Shown piece after piece: positions 14,607 to 58,650 of a DNA stretch of 64,000 bases. Each line of letters opens with the position of its first letter. The stretch's first letter is position 1. The position numbers and the translations under genes were made by a program. Under the pieces are notes generated by a model. That model saw nothing but the letters and a program-made list of their open reading frames with translations. It searched no databases and was not told where the DNA came from. Source of the stretch: Rhina ancylostomus (lineage: Eukaryota); assembly GCA_030265395.1 (NCBI GenBank), contig JARFYF010000094.1, positions 22,884,961-22,948,960 on the forward strand, given 5' to 3'.

Positions 14607-15010
14607 TAATTCTTTTAGAGACGGCCTTAAATCTGTGTCCTCCATTAGTTGACCAACCAGCTAGTGGAAATAATTTTCCTTTATTTACCATTTTAAAAAC
14701 TGATATAACTCTGTAACCCCATGCCAGATTTTCCATTAACTTGTTCTGCTCAAATGAAAAGATCCTAAGTTCTCTACCCTTCATCCATGGCTACTGCCTG
14801 ATCCCTGCCATCGTCTAAGTGAATCATATCTCTGCCCTTTTTGTGCCTTTGACATAACTTCTGAAGGACACACAAAACTAAATATATTATTCCAACCACA
14901 AGCCAATCAAATATCTCATTAGTTTAGCATTACACCTTTCTGTGAGCTTCATGGCCCCATTTATAAAATCTATGATCCCATTTGCCTTTGTTATCATTTT
15001 ATTAACCATT
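14607..15010 (-). mobile_element. Decayed CR1 3' fragment
   Basis: Minus strand ELRIFSFEQNKL...KLFPLAGWSTNGGHRFK resembles CR1 LGLFSLExRRL...LFPL...TRGHxLK. Confidence 0.65.
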
Positions 15011-17899
15011 ACTCCTTTTTTAAAAAAAAGTGTTTTGATGAATCTCTAAATCTTCCTTTTTTGCTCATTTTAAAGTTTTAATATTTTGTACATGTTTCCT
15101 CTTCCCAGTCTTCCCCCAAAGTATATTATCTGATGTTTCTCTTTATTCACTGATCACAGGTAATCTTAACTAGGCACTACTGCTTATAAACCTCTGACCC
15201 CAAGAAAACAGTTTACCACTGATATATATTCTTTGTCTTTCCACCAGTTTGCTCTGCAAGTTGCCATATGTTATTCAATACCACGTGCGCATTTTATCAA
15301 CAAGCTTGCTTTTCAGCTTTTTAACAAATGTCTTTGTAATTCCATATACACAACTTTTACTGCATTTCCTTTTCAGTATACTGTTAACTTTCTTAAGAAT
15401 TCTATTAAATTTGAAAAATCCAAATTACCATTTGCAATGTGTGCTGGCTGTTTTTAACTAGCTCATATCTTTACAAGTGAGTATTTACAAGCCCACGTTA
15501 TGGCCTGAAGACATTTATCCTCTATCAGTACCTATAGTTTGCTCCATAACTCACGGATTTAAAATAGAAGTGTTATATTGGCAATCCTCCAAATCTCAAC
15601 TACAGCCTATATTCAAGAATATTTGAAAGGTGATGGGTAAAGGCTTTGTTATCCCTGCTTTGAATCCCCTAACATTTTATGATGCACATCAAGTTAACTT
15701 AAAAGTTTATTTCATCAATTCTGAAATGTTACTCTTTGGGTTAAACAGTTAATTTCTGTGGTCTTCTATTTATAAAGCAGGGTCAATAACCATTATCCCT
15801 TTTTCATCTGACATTGTTTATTAAAATAAATGCCTTTATCTTCCTACTTTCAAAGCTGACTCACCTATTATGAAGTGTCAAAGTGTGAATGCCCAAAGAA
15901 AGATGATTGTTGCCCTATTGCCATAACAGTCAGGAGCCATATTTCATTACCTACCTGTACACCTCCTTTACCGGGAAACCAATCGGGCGCGATTATTCAA
16001 TCCCAGAAGGAATGCAAGAATGTACATTTCAACATTGTCATTCTGCATCTCAGGAAGCGACCCGCCACCACTCCTTCTGCCCGAGCTCTTCCTAACTAAA
16101 CACCTTTGTGTCACGTCGGGGAATTCAGCGGACTTCCAAAACAGATTTCCCGGGTGTGCCCCGATGACTTGGTCATTCCATAAATTGCTGACTTGGAATA
16201 AATCACAGCGTTGACTCGTCCCTCAATTTCGGAGTGAGGATGGGTGACAAATACTTAGCCAGACATACTTAGGTTTCAGGAAAGTTGAATATCTGAATTC
16301 GGCAGTACTTTCGGAGAACGGGATCTTTCTTGCAGGCATGTGAACTGTGTGCATCTATCAGCTACCCAACACGTTGATTTAGTTCCCGGGAAACCTATCT
16401 GTGGGTCTTGTGCTTGTAGGATTCAATTGGTGTTTAGTTTTACCAATTATGCACAGTGCAATACACAATTGGAGTAATTGTTGCGAGGTTCTCTAGGTTT
16501 AAAAAGCGCCTTTGATTTGAAGGGATGTACATGAAGGCGATTTGTAAGCCTACGCTGTTGGCAATGAGACAGAAACAAGACAGGCCATCTGAACAGCGGA
16601 AAAAAAACGCTGACATGTAAAATTTCCCAAACTCGGAGCATTGATCAACAATGTGGAGAAGTGAATGTGAGTTTGGGGAGGGGTCTTGTGGGTAAAGAGA
16701 ACTGAAACAGATTGTTCACTGTTAATGTGCCACAAATTATTTTACTGCAGAGAAACCGTTTCTAATGGAGCGCTTATATTTGGAATGATGCCTTTAGCGG
16801 TCTGTTGTTAAACGTGGTGAAGTTTTCAGTACAAGACTGTCCATTATCATCAAATGGTCATTTGATAAATGTGTTCAAAGTGGAAGATTACCTCGTGAGT
16901 TTGGTAAAAAGTTGTTTACGCGCCGTCCACGGTACTGGACAAAGAGAATATCTGGCAAATTCATTTAGTTATGTCAGTGCACGTATTGTCTTTTGAGGGT
17001 CTGTCAAAGGAGGAGGTGATTTTACTAGTGGATTTTTGAAGGAAACAAACTATTAGAATAAAAACCCAAATTGCTGGGAGTTCAGTAAACCGAATGCTCA
17101 AGTTTAGCCCCGTCGGTTATCCCACTCTGATAGACAGGGTGCGTGCCCTACAAAATGCTAACAGTCCCAAAGTAGCTATTGCAAACTGGTTTTAGAATAT
17201 CTGGTTTGCATTCAAGTGGATGCCGATGGACATTTTCAGATCAAATACAACATTTTCCCTCAGAGTGCGGCGACATCAAACTGCTAATAGAATACAACAA
17301 ATGAAGCTGACAAAGTAAGCTGGAAATATTTGAACGAAAGGCGGACTTGGGAAGACCCAGCGAGCTCAGATTTATACCTCGGGTTATTTTAGAGCATATG
17401 GGTTTGCTTTTGACTGCCTTACTTTCGGTTAATACTAAATTCCAGTAAGACAAGGAGGACGGGGGGTGAGGGGGGAGCAGTATTTTCTCATTTAAAGAGG
17501 TTTGGAAACAGATGGAGTGAATGGCGAGGGAATCCGAGCGCGGCACCCCCCGAGTGGCTCTGCTTTGCAGCATCGGAACATGAAGAAGATTTTAACAAGG
17601 CTATCTTTCCTTCAGCGTATGTCTTCCTGTCTCCAAACCAGTGATGAAGAAGAAACTCTCAGACTTCACTACAAAAGGACTGTGTCTTTTAAAGTGGTAG
17701 AGGCAATGCTTTAAAACTCCGGAGCGCCTCCTTGGATGGCCGAGGCAGAAAATGCCAACGTTTGGCTCCTACCTTCATTTGGATCTTCCAAAAATAGTAG
17801 AAGAAATGACACTTCGTTCCCACTCTTCCCACGCTAACCTGTCAGACGATGTTGGCGCCTTGGCCTCCAATTGATAGTAATTCAAATCAATAACAGAAA

Positions 17900-17975
17900 G
17901 AATAAACACAGAAAATGCTGGAAACACTCAGCAGGTCAGGCAGCATCATCGGAAAGAGAAGGAACCTGTTATTGA
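17900..17975 (+). repeat. Fragment of a dispersed elasmobranch-type repeat (aaatgctggaaacactcagcaggtcaggcagcatc)
   Basis: The same motif occurs at about 20555-20680, 38490-38600 and 54470-54510. Confidence 0.7.
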
Positions 17976-18189
17976 AAAGCAAAATAAATCGCTGATGTTT
18001 CTCGTTAATGTTTTGAGTATTAAATCGATTAATGTTACTGTTGATAGCGACTAAAAAGAAATACGATTGGAAGCGTACCGCTCCGATTGAAATAAAATTT
18101 GGGAAAGCTTTAAAAAAAAGAAAATATTGAATTAATAAAAGCATTTCTGGAACCAACGCACGTTTTCACATGTCAATATACGAACAATA

Positions 18190-20015
18190 ACACATTTCAA
18201 CTATAGCAGTTTTATTTTCAACGTTGAAAATAACTCTCCTTATAAATAGCCATTAAACATTAAGGGGTGGTATAAGGATTAAGGTTATTCGGTGAACCTT
18301 GATCAAAGTACGGTTCAATCAAACCACCAAAAGCATACAACACATTATACTAGATTAAAGTTATCCACGGTTAAATTAATTGCGATGACATTTTTACTGG
18401 CCTGGGTTATATCTATTTTTGCAGTATTGTACTGTTATAACTAAAAAAAATCCATTTAAAAATGTACAACATTTAAGACACGTCCAATGCGAAGCAATAA
18501 TGAAACGGTGCCAGAAACGTGAGTGCCACATAGACAAGGGTTGTCTTATTTAAAAAGCCACCAAGTTTAGGTGCTATGCTTTCCGGGTAGGCATTTTCTG
18601 CTCTAACCCGATAATAAAACGCCTTTCGGAACAAACGTAACACAAATTATAAACCAATTCAAACCTCAAAAAATGTGCCCCAGACGATTTAATAAATGGG
18701 AATGGAGGGTGCACAAGTGCTGACTGTAACAATTTTACTACTTATGTCAGTGCAACATTCCGATGGAACTGAATGTTCCCAAACTACCGGGGTTGAAAAC
18801 CAAACATCCTACAGACAGAAGCAATGCCCACTTCGCGCGACATTTCCACCAATTAAAAGTGTTAGGTGACCACTAATACAGCAAAACGCTGAAAGGTAGA
18901 CGACTCTATTCTAAATATAACTTGTAAATAAATACAATTTAAATCGCTGATTGTAAACGTATATACAAAGCTGGAATATTAGACACCAAATAAACCTTAG
19001 TTTGCCCGTAATATATAGTTACCATCCCAGCAAGTCCTCCCGTTTTCGACCTGCAGTTATATATCTATTATTTTGGAAACTAAAATATTGCAATTAAAGA
19101 TGATCAGTAACTTATTGCCCGTCTGTAAGGCAGCTCCCATTAACCGTGACATGTTTGAAAAAGAAACTTGAAATGCACAGAAACCGGACAACCACCAGAG
19201 CAAATATTTTCCGCAAAATAAATACTTGACAAGCGATGAAGTAAACCATGCTTTTAAATATACGAGAGCGACATAAAAATGGACGTTTCCATCAGATGAC
19301 ATGAACCCTGTAAATTTAATTTCAGACTGGCTAATGAACGACTGTCAGCGTAATTGGTTTTTTTGCATGCTTCAATGCATATTCTGAAATATATCTAATA
19401 AATTGTCACTTTTATATTTAAAAAATAATCCTCTTATCGGGCTGCTGGCGTGGCGTCGTTTTCCTCAAAGGGCGAGTTAGCTACGGGCGTTCAGTTGACA
19501 TCTTTCTCCTTTAGATCCATAGAAAAGTACGCTCAGAATTCAGCCATTGATCCTTCGAATTAGTCAATGCCAAGTATTTCATGTGGCCAGTCTGGACCAT
19601 TTTACAGACGGGATCAGCTAACAAGAGTGGCTGCCGAAGTCTCCCTCTGCCGCTCCCCACCTCTGCCCTCTCCCCAGTAAAAAGGAGCCGGGGGCGAGGC
19701 CGTTGTTCTGGGTGTACTGTTGGGTCTACAATTGCCCTGCTGTTCTGGATTGATAACCCGCCAGTATCGAAGATCACTGTACGGCAAATGTCAGTTACTT
19801 CCACTTTGGTCAGACTTTATAGATGGGTCTTCAGTAGGGATAAGAGTCCATGTGCTATTTTGTTTTCTTTGGCTTGATCAATTAAATTTCAATTAGCTCA
19901 AGTATTAGATGGACTGTTTCAGCTACGGCAGAGTGCCCCCGGGTGTCTCTAGTTCTCGGGGTCCCTGTGTAGCTGTATTTTCAGGGGGCGGGGGCTGGGG
20001 GTGGAATGTGAGGTG
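18190..20015 (-). other. wnt5a: wnt5a 3' UTR (minimum estimate), candidate AATAAA at 18216-18211
   Basis: Repeat-free stretch after the TAA. The minus strand has AATAAA followed by a GT/T-rich tract, ATTTATTTA (about 18925-18933) and TGTATATA (18967-18960). A more distal AATAAA at 15822-15817 is an alternative end. Confidence 0.55.
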
Positions 20016-50695
<30,680 letters not shown>

Positions 50696-51450
50696 ATTTC
50701 TCTGGCAAAGCGGTCACCAAGTAATCCAAGATTACAGTATCAAGCAGGTAATTCCTCTGCGATGATCTTGTGCTTAAAGTCTTGATCCCTACCATCAAAG
50801 CATGAAACGGGTTAAGCACGAGATGTCCTTGCAGTAAGGGCTCCTAGGGTCAACGCGGTGAAAATCGGACTATTTAAACCCGGATCAATGAATTAATCGT
50901 CTCAACCGCATTCCCCCTTCTCACTGATCCAAGCGGAGAATAACACGGCTATTTCTCTTCCAAGGAATGAAGGCTATTTACAACAATGTCCATCTGCAAT
51001 AGAAATAATTAGTGCTCCTAACAAACTGTGGGCGTGATGTGCGGAAACACTTTAGAAGAAATAAAATATTCAGGAACAAAATGCCTTTGGCCAGATCGTC
51101 AGCAATAAACTTCCAGAGCGAAGCCCCCCATCCCCTCCCCCGCTCACACACTTCTGATCTCCGCTGGCACAGGTTTCAAACAGGCAAGCTTCGGGAAGAT
51201 TTCCTTTCTCAAGTCCAAATAAAGTTTCTGCTGGAACTTTGGTTGGGATTTTGCAGTCCTCTTTTCCACAGTCTTCTGAACGTTTATTAAACCAAACTCG
51301 CTGGTAGCAATGCGTCTTGCAAACATGGTTCTAAAGTTCTTGCTGACATTCTGAGGCTGTGGTCAGAAGCTTGTGTTTAAGAGCTTGGAGATTTCCCCCT
51401 GATTGCAGCCGCTAAGTATTTCCTGAGCTCCACTCTGCGGCTCACCCTTC
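50696..51450 (-). other. wnt5a: Probable wnt5a exon 1 5' UTR (upstream boundary approximate)
   Basis: Lies directly upstream of ATG GGG|GT. The block gcacatcacgcccaca...ctaatta...gatggac (about 50987-51045) resembles the human WNT5A 5' UTR as I recall it. The TSS cannot be determined from sequence alone. Confidence 0.55.
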
Positions 51451-51780
51451 AGCTCTGCACCAACAACCCCAAGCCCTTCACATACAATCCACTGCCGTCT
51501 GCAGCCACAGCTGGAAACACGGCTCAAGCGAAGCTGTGCGAGTCGGCGAGGACCATGATCCACAACCGCCTTCCTCCTCGTCGCTTCGGTCCCTCGATCT
51601 CACCTGTCCGCTCTGATTCTCACTCTGGCTCTTCTCCTCGACTCGAAGCTTTGACTCCTCCCGCGGGCAACCGACTCTGCCGCTCGCGCATGCGCCGCTC
51701 GCACTGTGACCCAACTTTCAGCAGATTTGGATCTAAAGCTGGGTGTTCTGTTCCCCCCCCCACCCCCCATTCCACCATTC
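51400..51780 (-). promoter_or_regulatory. CpG-island core promoter candidate of wnt5a with NRF1-type palindrome GCGCATGCGC (51686-51695)
   Basis: Densest GC/CpG stretch of the 5' domain, 0.7-1 kb upstream of the start codon, containing a perfect GCGCATGCGC. Confidence 0.65.
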
Positions 51781-54779
51781 AAAAAGAGACATCAAAATTA
51801 ATTTTACTTTTGCACCGGATGTTTACCGAAGAGTAACATTCTATTATCAATTACTTTGCATTTTCAAATAACTTGAAGCCAGAAATGAAAACTGTAACAA
51901 TACCGGATGGTGTTTACATTTCCACACATTTATAATTGGGCGAAAACTATGAAAAGGTAATAGTTTATTCATAAAGTTTGGTCTGAGGAGTAAAATGTGT
52001 GTATTTTAACCAAATGTTTACAAAAATCATCCAACCACACGTTTATAATTCTCATATAAGGCGGTGGCAGAAAATAGAGTATCAGTTCATAAGCAATGTG
52101 AGAACATTGAAAACCACCGTAACAGTGTCCGAACGTTCGTCTCGTTACATACATGTTTAAAGTGGCACGTGTGGATACAGAGAAAGTTTGGTTTCTGTCA
52201 TGGTTCTGAGTTCTGGCCCTCATTTGGCTCCATTAATGCCTTGTTGTCCAGCACNNNNNNNNNNNNNNNNNNNNNNNNNNNNNNNNNNNNNNNNNNNNNN
52301 NNNNNNNNNNNNNNNNNNNNNNNNNNNNNNNNNNNNNNNNNNNNNNNNNNNNNNCGTTTCATTCATTGGCGTGTATATGTAGAGGTAGTGGTGGTCTGAT
52401 TTAGGATTTGTTCACCAGCAAGGCAAAGGGCATGAACATATAATCTTCACCCAAACTCGGGACGAAGTACATTCAAACAAATAATAATAAAAAAAAGAGC
52501 AAATGGAAAATGTAAACACAAGTCAGGCTGAGTTGCCTGACTTGCAGGACAAGAGTTCGTGGGCCGCGTACTGGACATCCGTGGGTTTAGATGTCATCTC
52601 GTACATAACCTGGACCAAGGTTTACAACTCTTCAGCAGCGTAAAGTATTTGCTTAAAACATCCCCAACTCTCACTCTCCCTACAGCTGGGATGATTTCAC
52701 TTTGGAATAAATAGAATGGCCATAAGAGAGAAGCCCCCTTGTTTATTTATAGGTATTTCTTTTCAGAGAATAAAACTGCCCAATTTCACGGGCAACGCCG
52801 CATGAGACGGCAAATGGGAGTTGCTGCCCTACAGCAGGCGACTCTGATCACCAATTCTTCAAGCATCCAGTAAGTTTAATAAGAAGCAAGTGAAATTAAT
52901 AGGAGATAATCGAAATAGGGCCTCCCCAGCTTTTAGAGAAGCGTCCCTTGGTTATTTATGGAACCGCAATAGAAAAAAAGTCAACAGTTTCAACACACAA
53001 CCGCTAGATTGAATTGAGATTAGAAGAGTCTCATATAACCCACTTCACTATTACAGCCAGGGAATCGTCGGATCTTTTATCATCTTTCATTAAGAGAGTC
53101 CATGTATCATGCTGTGGTCTCTCTCAGTGTCATTCAGTTCCTAATGCATCTCCAATGCTGTAATTACTGGCGGTCTTACGTCCGGAAAGGGTGGAAGGGC
53201 GAGCAAGCTGGAGAGAGAGAGAGAGATCGTTCCGATATCTTGTCTGTTAGAGCCACATTTTCGGGGTAACAGCAATAAAGTGCCGTTCATAAAAGGGGTG
53301 GTATTTTATATTAATAAGATTTCCTATTAGACTGACGATTTTCACGGTTGTTGGAAGCCATTCCACTCAGGAAGACAAAGAAACAGCCTGTTCTGTCTGC
53401 AGTCGTATGTCTAAACAGGATGCAACCCCTTGCAATTATTGGTTTGTAAATTTGAGCACTCATGACTTTTCGGAAAGATCCACTGAATCTAGTTGATTTC
53501 TGCACACACATGCAAAATTCACATAAAATGCGCATAATGTTCGACACAAAAGTCACACTGTTGTAGAAATGTCCGTGTGTTAGTACAAAGGCGCGAATAC
53601 AATGTAAGGGGTGATCAAGGCATTTCTCGTGCTTCAACTCCTGGGACTGAAATTCGCATAATCAGTCAGCACTTCGAGCTATCTTTCCGAGGGAAATACG
53701 TAATAAATATTAAATCCTTCAGATATTGCTGCATGGTTTACCCCGTCATAAGCATCATGTAAAATAAAGCAAAAACGAGTCCTTAGTGTCATTATTATTT
53801 GGCATGAACAGCAACCAATTATGTTTGTTTTCCTCATTTTAGCAGATAAAGTGGATGAGATTGTGAACCAGAATTTGTACAGCATTTGCGATTTTATTCG
53901 GGGACGCTTCAAACGTTTGTTATTTTCTATGAAGGGTAACGCTAATATTCTGTCATTCGCCATATGACGCAATCTCATTACCGAGGGATCATTTTATTAC
54001 TCGATAAAATAGTCACCGGAATTTGTCCCATGTTGTCATTGTTGGGGGACAATGGCCAATTCACTAATCACCCTCCAATTGGAACATAGGATGGGACGAG
54101 GAATCCTGTGATTGTAGAACCAAAGCACAAAACAATATTACAGGACCTACACTAAGAAATAATAAATTCGAGGCCTTGAACTTAAAATGTTAAATAAAGA
54201 ATTTATCTTGGTCTAGCATTTATCACTACACTGAGGTTACATGAAAACTTTAGATAGACATGTCATAAATTATTACATTAAACTGTTACTGATTCTAATA
54301 TTTTCCCTTGTGCTCAGCAAAGTACCCCCAAACCCATTCTACTTGGAGACAGAATAAAACCACTAAATCTACAGCCCATCGTAAATCCATGGACTGAAGA
54401 AAAGCTCTAATAACTTTCAAATGAACTGCACAGTCAGACTACATGTAACCTGCTTGAGAGGTCTCTTCACAGATGCTGTCTGCCCCGCTGAAAATTTCCA
54501 TCAATTTCTGTTGTTATTAATCATCAAATGGTATCGACTGTAATATTTTAATGTAAGACTTCGAGTGGTTGGTGGAAGAGTAGAATTCTACTTTATCATC
54601 AGTTTCACATTGCTAATTGAGAGGTGTTGAAAATGTACTCCCACACCCAATGGCAGGTCAGCATACTTTTTCTATTGTGGAAGTCTGACAGTTCTAAGAT
54701 ACCAGCAGTGGCCTCTTTTAATGGATGTATAACTGCTACAAATAATTTAATGGAACTGCAATTGGAACAAAAGTGGTCA

Positions 54780-55270
54780 TTTATCACCCAAGGCCTGTTC
54801 TGCTATTCTATCAGATCATAGGTGATCTTTTATTTATTTCTGTCAATCCACCATAACTCTTAAACCTTCAACATATTTACTTAACAAAAACTATCAAACT
54901 CAGTTTTAAGATTTTCAAGTGATTGAGGCTTATCAGATTGTTGAGGAGACACTTCCAGATTTCTAGTATTCCATTTGTGAAGAAGTGTTTCCTGACAATG
55001 TTGCTGAATAGCTGACCTCTAATCTCAAAGTTATACACCTTGTTCTGGGCTCACCAACCAGAGGAATCAGTTCCTCTCTGTCTGCCTGATCAAATCCTAT
55101 AATTTGAATGTATTAGTGAAATCTCATCTGATCCTTTTATATTCTTGAAGGATGCATCCTAGTCTATATAACTTAATCTAATTTAGCCATGGTATATTGC
55201 TTTTGAATCTGAACCACATGCCCTCCAAGGCCAATATATCCTTCCCAAACTAGGGACTGAATACAGCTCT
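54780..55270 (-). mobile_element. Decayed CR1 3' fragment
   Basis: ttccagatttctagtattccatttgtgaagaagtgtttcctgac and ccctccaaggccaatatatccttcc parallel the other CR1 3' ends in the window. Confidence 0.65.
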
Positions 55271-55849
55271 CTATTCGCTTATCCAAATCACATATAAATA
55301 TAGTGATAAGATCACTATTGGTTACAACAATGATCTCCCAGTTTCTGAGGTTGAAATGATGAGAAAGGCTTTGGAGGCCATTGCCATTACACTGTAAAAC
55401 TGATCACAACTTTGGAATTTCACACACATTGACTTTAACATGGAAATCCTGTTTACTTACAGTGATTTATGCTCCTTCAGACAGTGGGCTGGTTATAGGC
55501 AACTCTATTATAATAAAGGGAAATGTTGAATTGACAAGAACTTTCGGTTTCCTTGCACTTTAAAATATCCTTAATGCATTATATTTTGTTGCTTAAATTC
55601 TAAATGGGGGTTTCATGATATACCAAACCATAATTATGGACTAACAAATTCTGGTCATAAAAAATAAAACAAGTATTCCAAAATTTAGAAGATGTTAAAC
55701 AAAATCTCTGCCTTCTGTGTGTGATCTAATCACATTTCATGCACTGCAATACATTTAAAACATTAAATGAAAATTTTGCATTTTCCTACTGGTGATAGCT
55801 TGCTCAGCCAACATTTTTATTTACATTTATGGGAGGTAGTGAATGCTGG

Positions 55850-56120
55850 CAATGCCAAAATGTATTGCCTATCCCTAAACATTGATGAAAAAGTGGCAGT
55901 AAGCTACCTTCTTGAGTATCTGCAGTCCTTATTTCAGAAATACTCTTGCTGTGTTGTTGGGTATGGTTCCAGTATTTACATCCAACAGTGATGAAGAGAT
56001 AGCGATCTATTTCCAAGTCAAGGTGATGTGTAACTTGGAGGGGAACCCATTGGTGATGGTTTTCCTATGCTTTTATTGGTCTTGTCTTTTTTGGTGCTGG
56101 ATATCACAGATTCAGGAAGT
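55850..56120 (-). mobile_element. 3' tail fragment of the LINE family seen at 10.06-10.79 kb
   Basis: gaaaaagtggcagtaagctaccttcttgag and aacttggaggggaac are reverse complements of motifs in the 10.5-10.8 kb tail. Confidence 0.55.
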
Positions 56121-56299
56121 GCCACCGAATTAACCTGTGTGTAATTCCATTTCTTCCTGAGTCCACTAGCAAGGCTGAGTTAATTTTGCTTACAAAAGTC
56201 TAATCAGTTCCTTGTTCTTGCCAAATGGTAGACCTATAGAAATATATTTTCAGTCACTGCATCAATACTCAATGATCAGAGTATTGATATGACAGTAAA

Positions 56300-57100
56300 G
56301 GAGAAGGCTCTAAGGATGTCAGATAGGATATAGTATGCAGAGAAGAGGTACTGAAAATTGTAATGCTCAAAGTAGAATCGTTATAGGGCTGAATGGGTTG
56401 CATTTTTTGAGGCAGTGGAAGTGTGGTTGGAAATTTTGAGGCTCTGACCAGAAACTTCAAGTTTCCTTGGATGGGGGAGGTACCAGATGATTAGAAAACT
56501 GCTGATATTTCACTTGTTTAAAAAAGGAGGATAAACCTGACAACTAAAGGGCAGTTAACATGCAAATTAGTGATGGAGAAGATTTTGGTGACATTAATCC
56601 AGGTCAAAATTAATTGCAAAAGTAAGAAGTGAAAGTCCATTTGCTTTTTATAAAAGTAAACTTTATTTGACTAACTTGATTATGTTCTTTGGTGAAACAG
56701 AAAGGCTGATTAAGGTAATGCAATTGCATAAACACATCTTCAAACCATTTTATAAAACATCATAAAGTAGATTCGCTTGCAATATTTAAGACCATAGATT
56801 AAAGAGACAGTGGCAGCCAAAAGCCAAACAACAAAACATACTGGTGAACTGTTGCTTTCAGATAGGATGACATATGCAGGGGTGTTCTCAGGTGGTGCTG
56901 TTAGGACTCCAGAAGCAAATTACTACAAGTTCTGAAAAACTAAGAACTAAGCACTGTTAAGGTTAAAAATTAGATGCTAAGAGAAGCTATGAAAGAAACT
57001 TTATGAATCTTATGCTAGGAAAAGGGACTTCAGCTGTGTGGAGATACAGCAAAAATTCAGACAGTTCTCCCTTTCCTGCAGAAAAGATTAGGGGTTTTAA
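56300..57100 (+). mobile_element. Highly decayed CR1 RT region
   Basis: Remnants of VPDD*KTADI...LFKKG, LTNLIxFF and GVxQGxVLG (ggtgttctcaggtggtgctgttagga). Confidence 0.55.
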
Positions 57101-57109
57101 TATGCATTC

Positions 57110-58650
57110 AGAAAAACATAGGAAATAGCAGCAGGAGTAGACCATTCAGTCTTCAGGCCTTCCTCACTATTCAACATGAACATTGCAAATTACTCACTTC
57201 AGTATCCTGTTCCTGTCACAATGTTGAGCAAGAGCAAGCTCACAGAGAACCCAAATGCAGCACACTGGTACAGGACTGGAGTCAGNNNNNNNNNNNNNNN
57301 NNNNNNNNNNNNNNNNNNNNNNNNNNNNNNNNNNNNNNNNNNNNNNNNNNNNNNNNNNNNNNNNNNNNNNNNNNNNNNNNNNNNNNNNNNNNNNNNNNNN
57401 NNNNNNNNNNNNNNNNNNNNNNNNNNNNNNNNNNNNNNNNNNNNNNNNNNNNNNNNNNNNNNNNNNNNNNNNNNNNNNNNNNNNNNNNNNNNNNNNNNNN
57501 NNNNNNNNNNNNNNNNNNNNNNNNNNNNNNNNNNNNNNNNNNNNNNNNNNNNNNNNNNNNNNNNNNNNNNNNNNNNNNNNNNNNNNNNNNNNNNNNNNNN
57601 NNNNNNNNNNNNNNNNNNNNNNNNNNNNNNNNNNNNNNNNNNNNNNNNNNNNNNNNNNNNNNNNNNNNNNNNNNNNNNNNNNNNNNNNNNNNNNNNNNNC
57701 CCACCTTCTTCCCATATTTTTTGATCCCTTTAGTAATTAGTAATCCATCTACCTCCTTTTTGAATATATTTAGTTGCTTCATTTCACTGCTCTCTGTGTT
57801 ATAGAATTCTACAGCTTCACCATTCTCTGGTGAAGAAATTTCTCCTGATCTTGATTTGAAATGGCATACTTCATATCCTGAGATCTATATCCAGTCATCA
57901 GGGACATCCTCCCAGTATCTGGTCTGCTGGGTCCTGTGATAATTTTACATGTTTCAATGAGATTCCCTCTCATTTTTCTGAACTCCCAGTATCTGGTCTG
58001 CTGGGTCCTGTGATAATTTTACATGTTTCAATGAGATTCCCTCTCATTTTTCTGAACTCTGGTGAATATAGGCCTAATTGTCCCAATTCCTCCTCATACA
58101 TCAGTCCTTCCACCCTAGGAATCAGACTAACAAACCTTCATTACATTCCCTCCTTGAGAAGAACATCTTGCCTCAGATAAGGAGACCAAAACTACACACA
58201 AAACTCCAGATAGCGTCTCACCAAGCCTCTGTGGAGCCTCATAGCATTCTCATTCTTATACTCAAATGTTCTAGTAATAAAGCCCAACATACCATTTGCC
58301 TTCAGCAAACAAAACAAAACTACTGGAAAACACACAGGTCTCATTACCTTCCCTTTTCCAATCTATACTTATTCAGATATGGATCTATCTTTCTGTTTTT
58401 GGAAGCAATGTTGATAACTTTACATTTATTAATGTTAAACTGCATCTGTCATGCAATTGCCTACTCACCCAACTTATCTAAATCACATTGAAGCCTCTTT
58501 GCATCCATCCTACAGCTCACATTCCTCATCAGTTTTGTGTTGACAACAAACTTGGTGAAGTTACATCTATTTTCTTGATCCAAAGGTTGTGAATAGCTGG
58601 GACCTAAGCACTGTTCCAAGCACCACCTCACAGGTCACTGCCTGCCACAT
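57110..58650 (-). mobile_element. CR1 3' region, gapped
   Basis: Tail acataggaaatagcagcaggagtagaccattcag; minus strand LNIFKKEVDGLLITKGIKKYG; decayed KFADD-like remnant near 58530-58555. Confidence 0.75.
57911..58058. repeat. Perfect 74-bp tandem duplication inside CR1
   Basis: 57911-57984 is identical to 57985-58058. Confidence 0.95.

Noticed and set aside
19984-20004. G-rich run just past the stop codon as a G-quadruplex
   Set aside because: Only three long G tracts plus GG, and it is C-rich on the mRNA strand; too weak to call.
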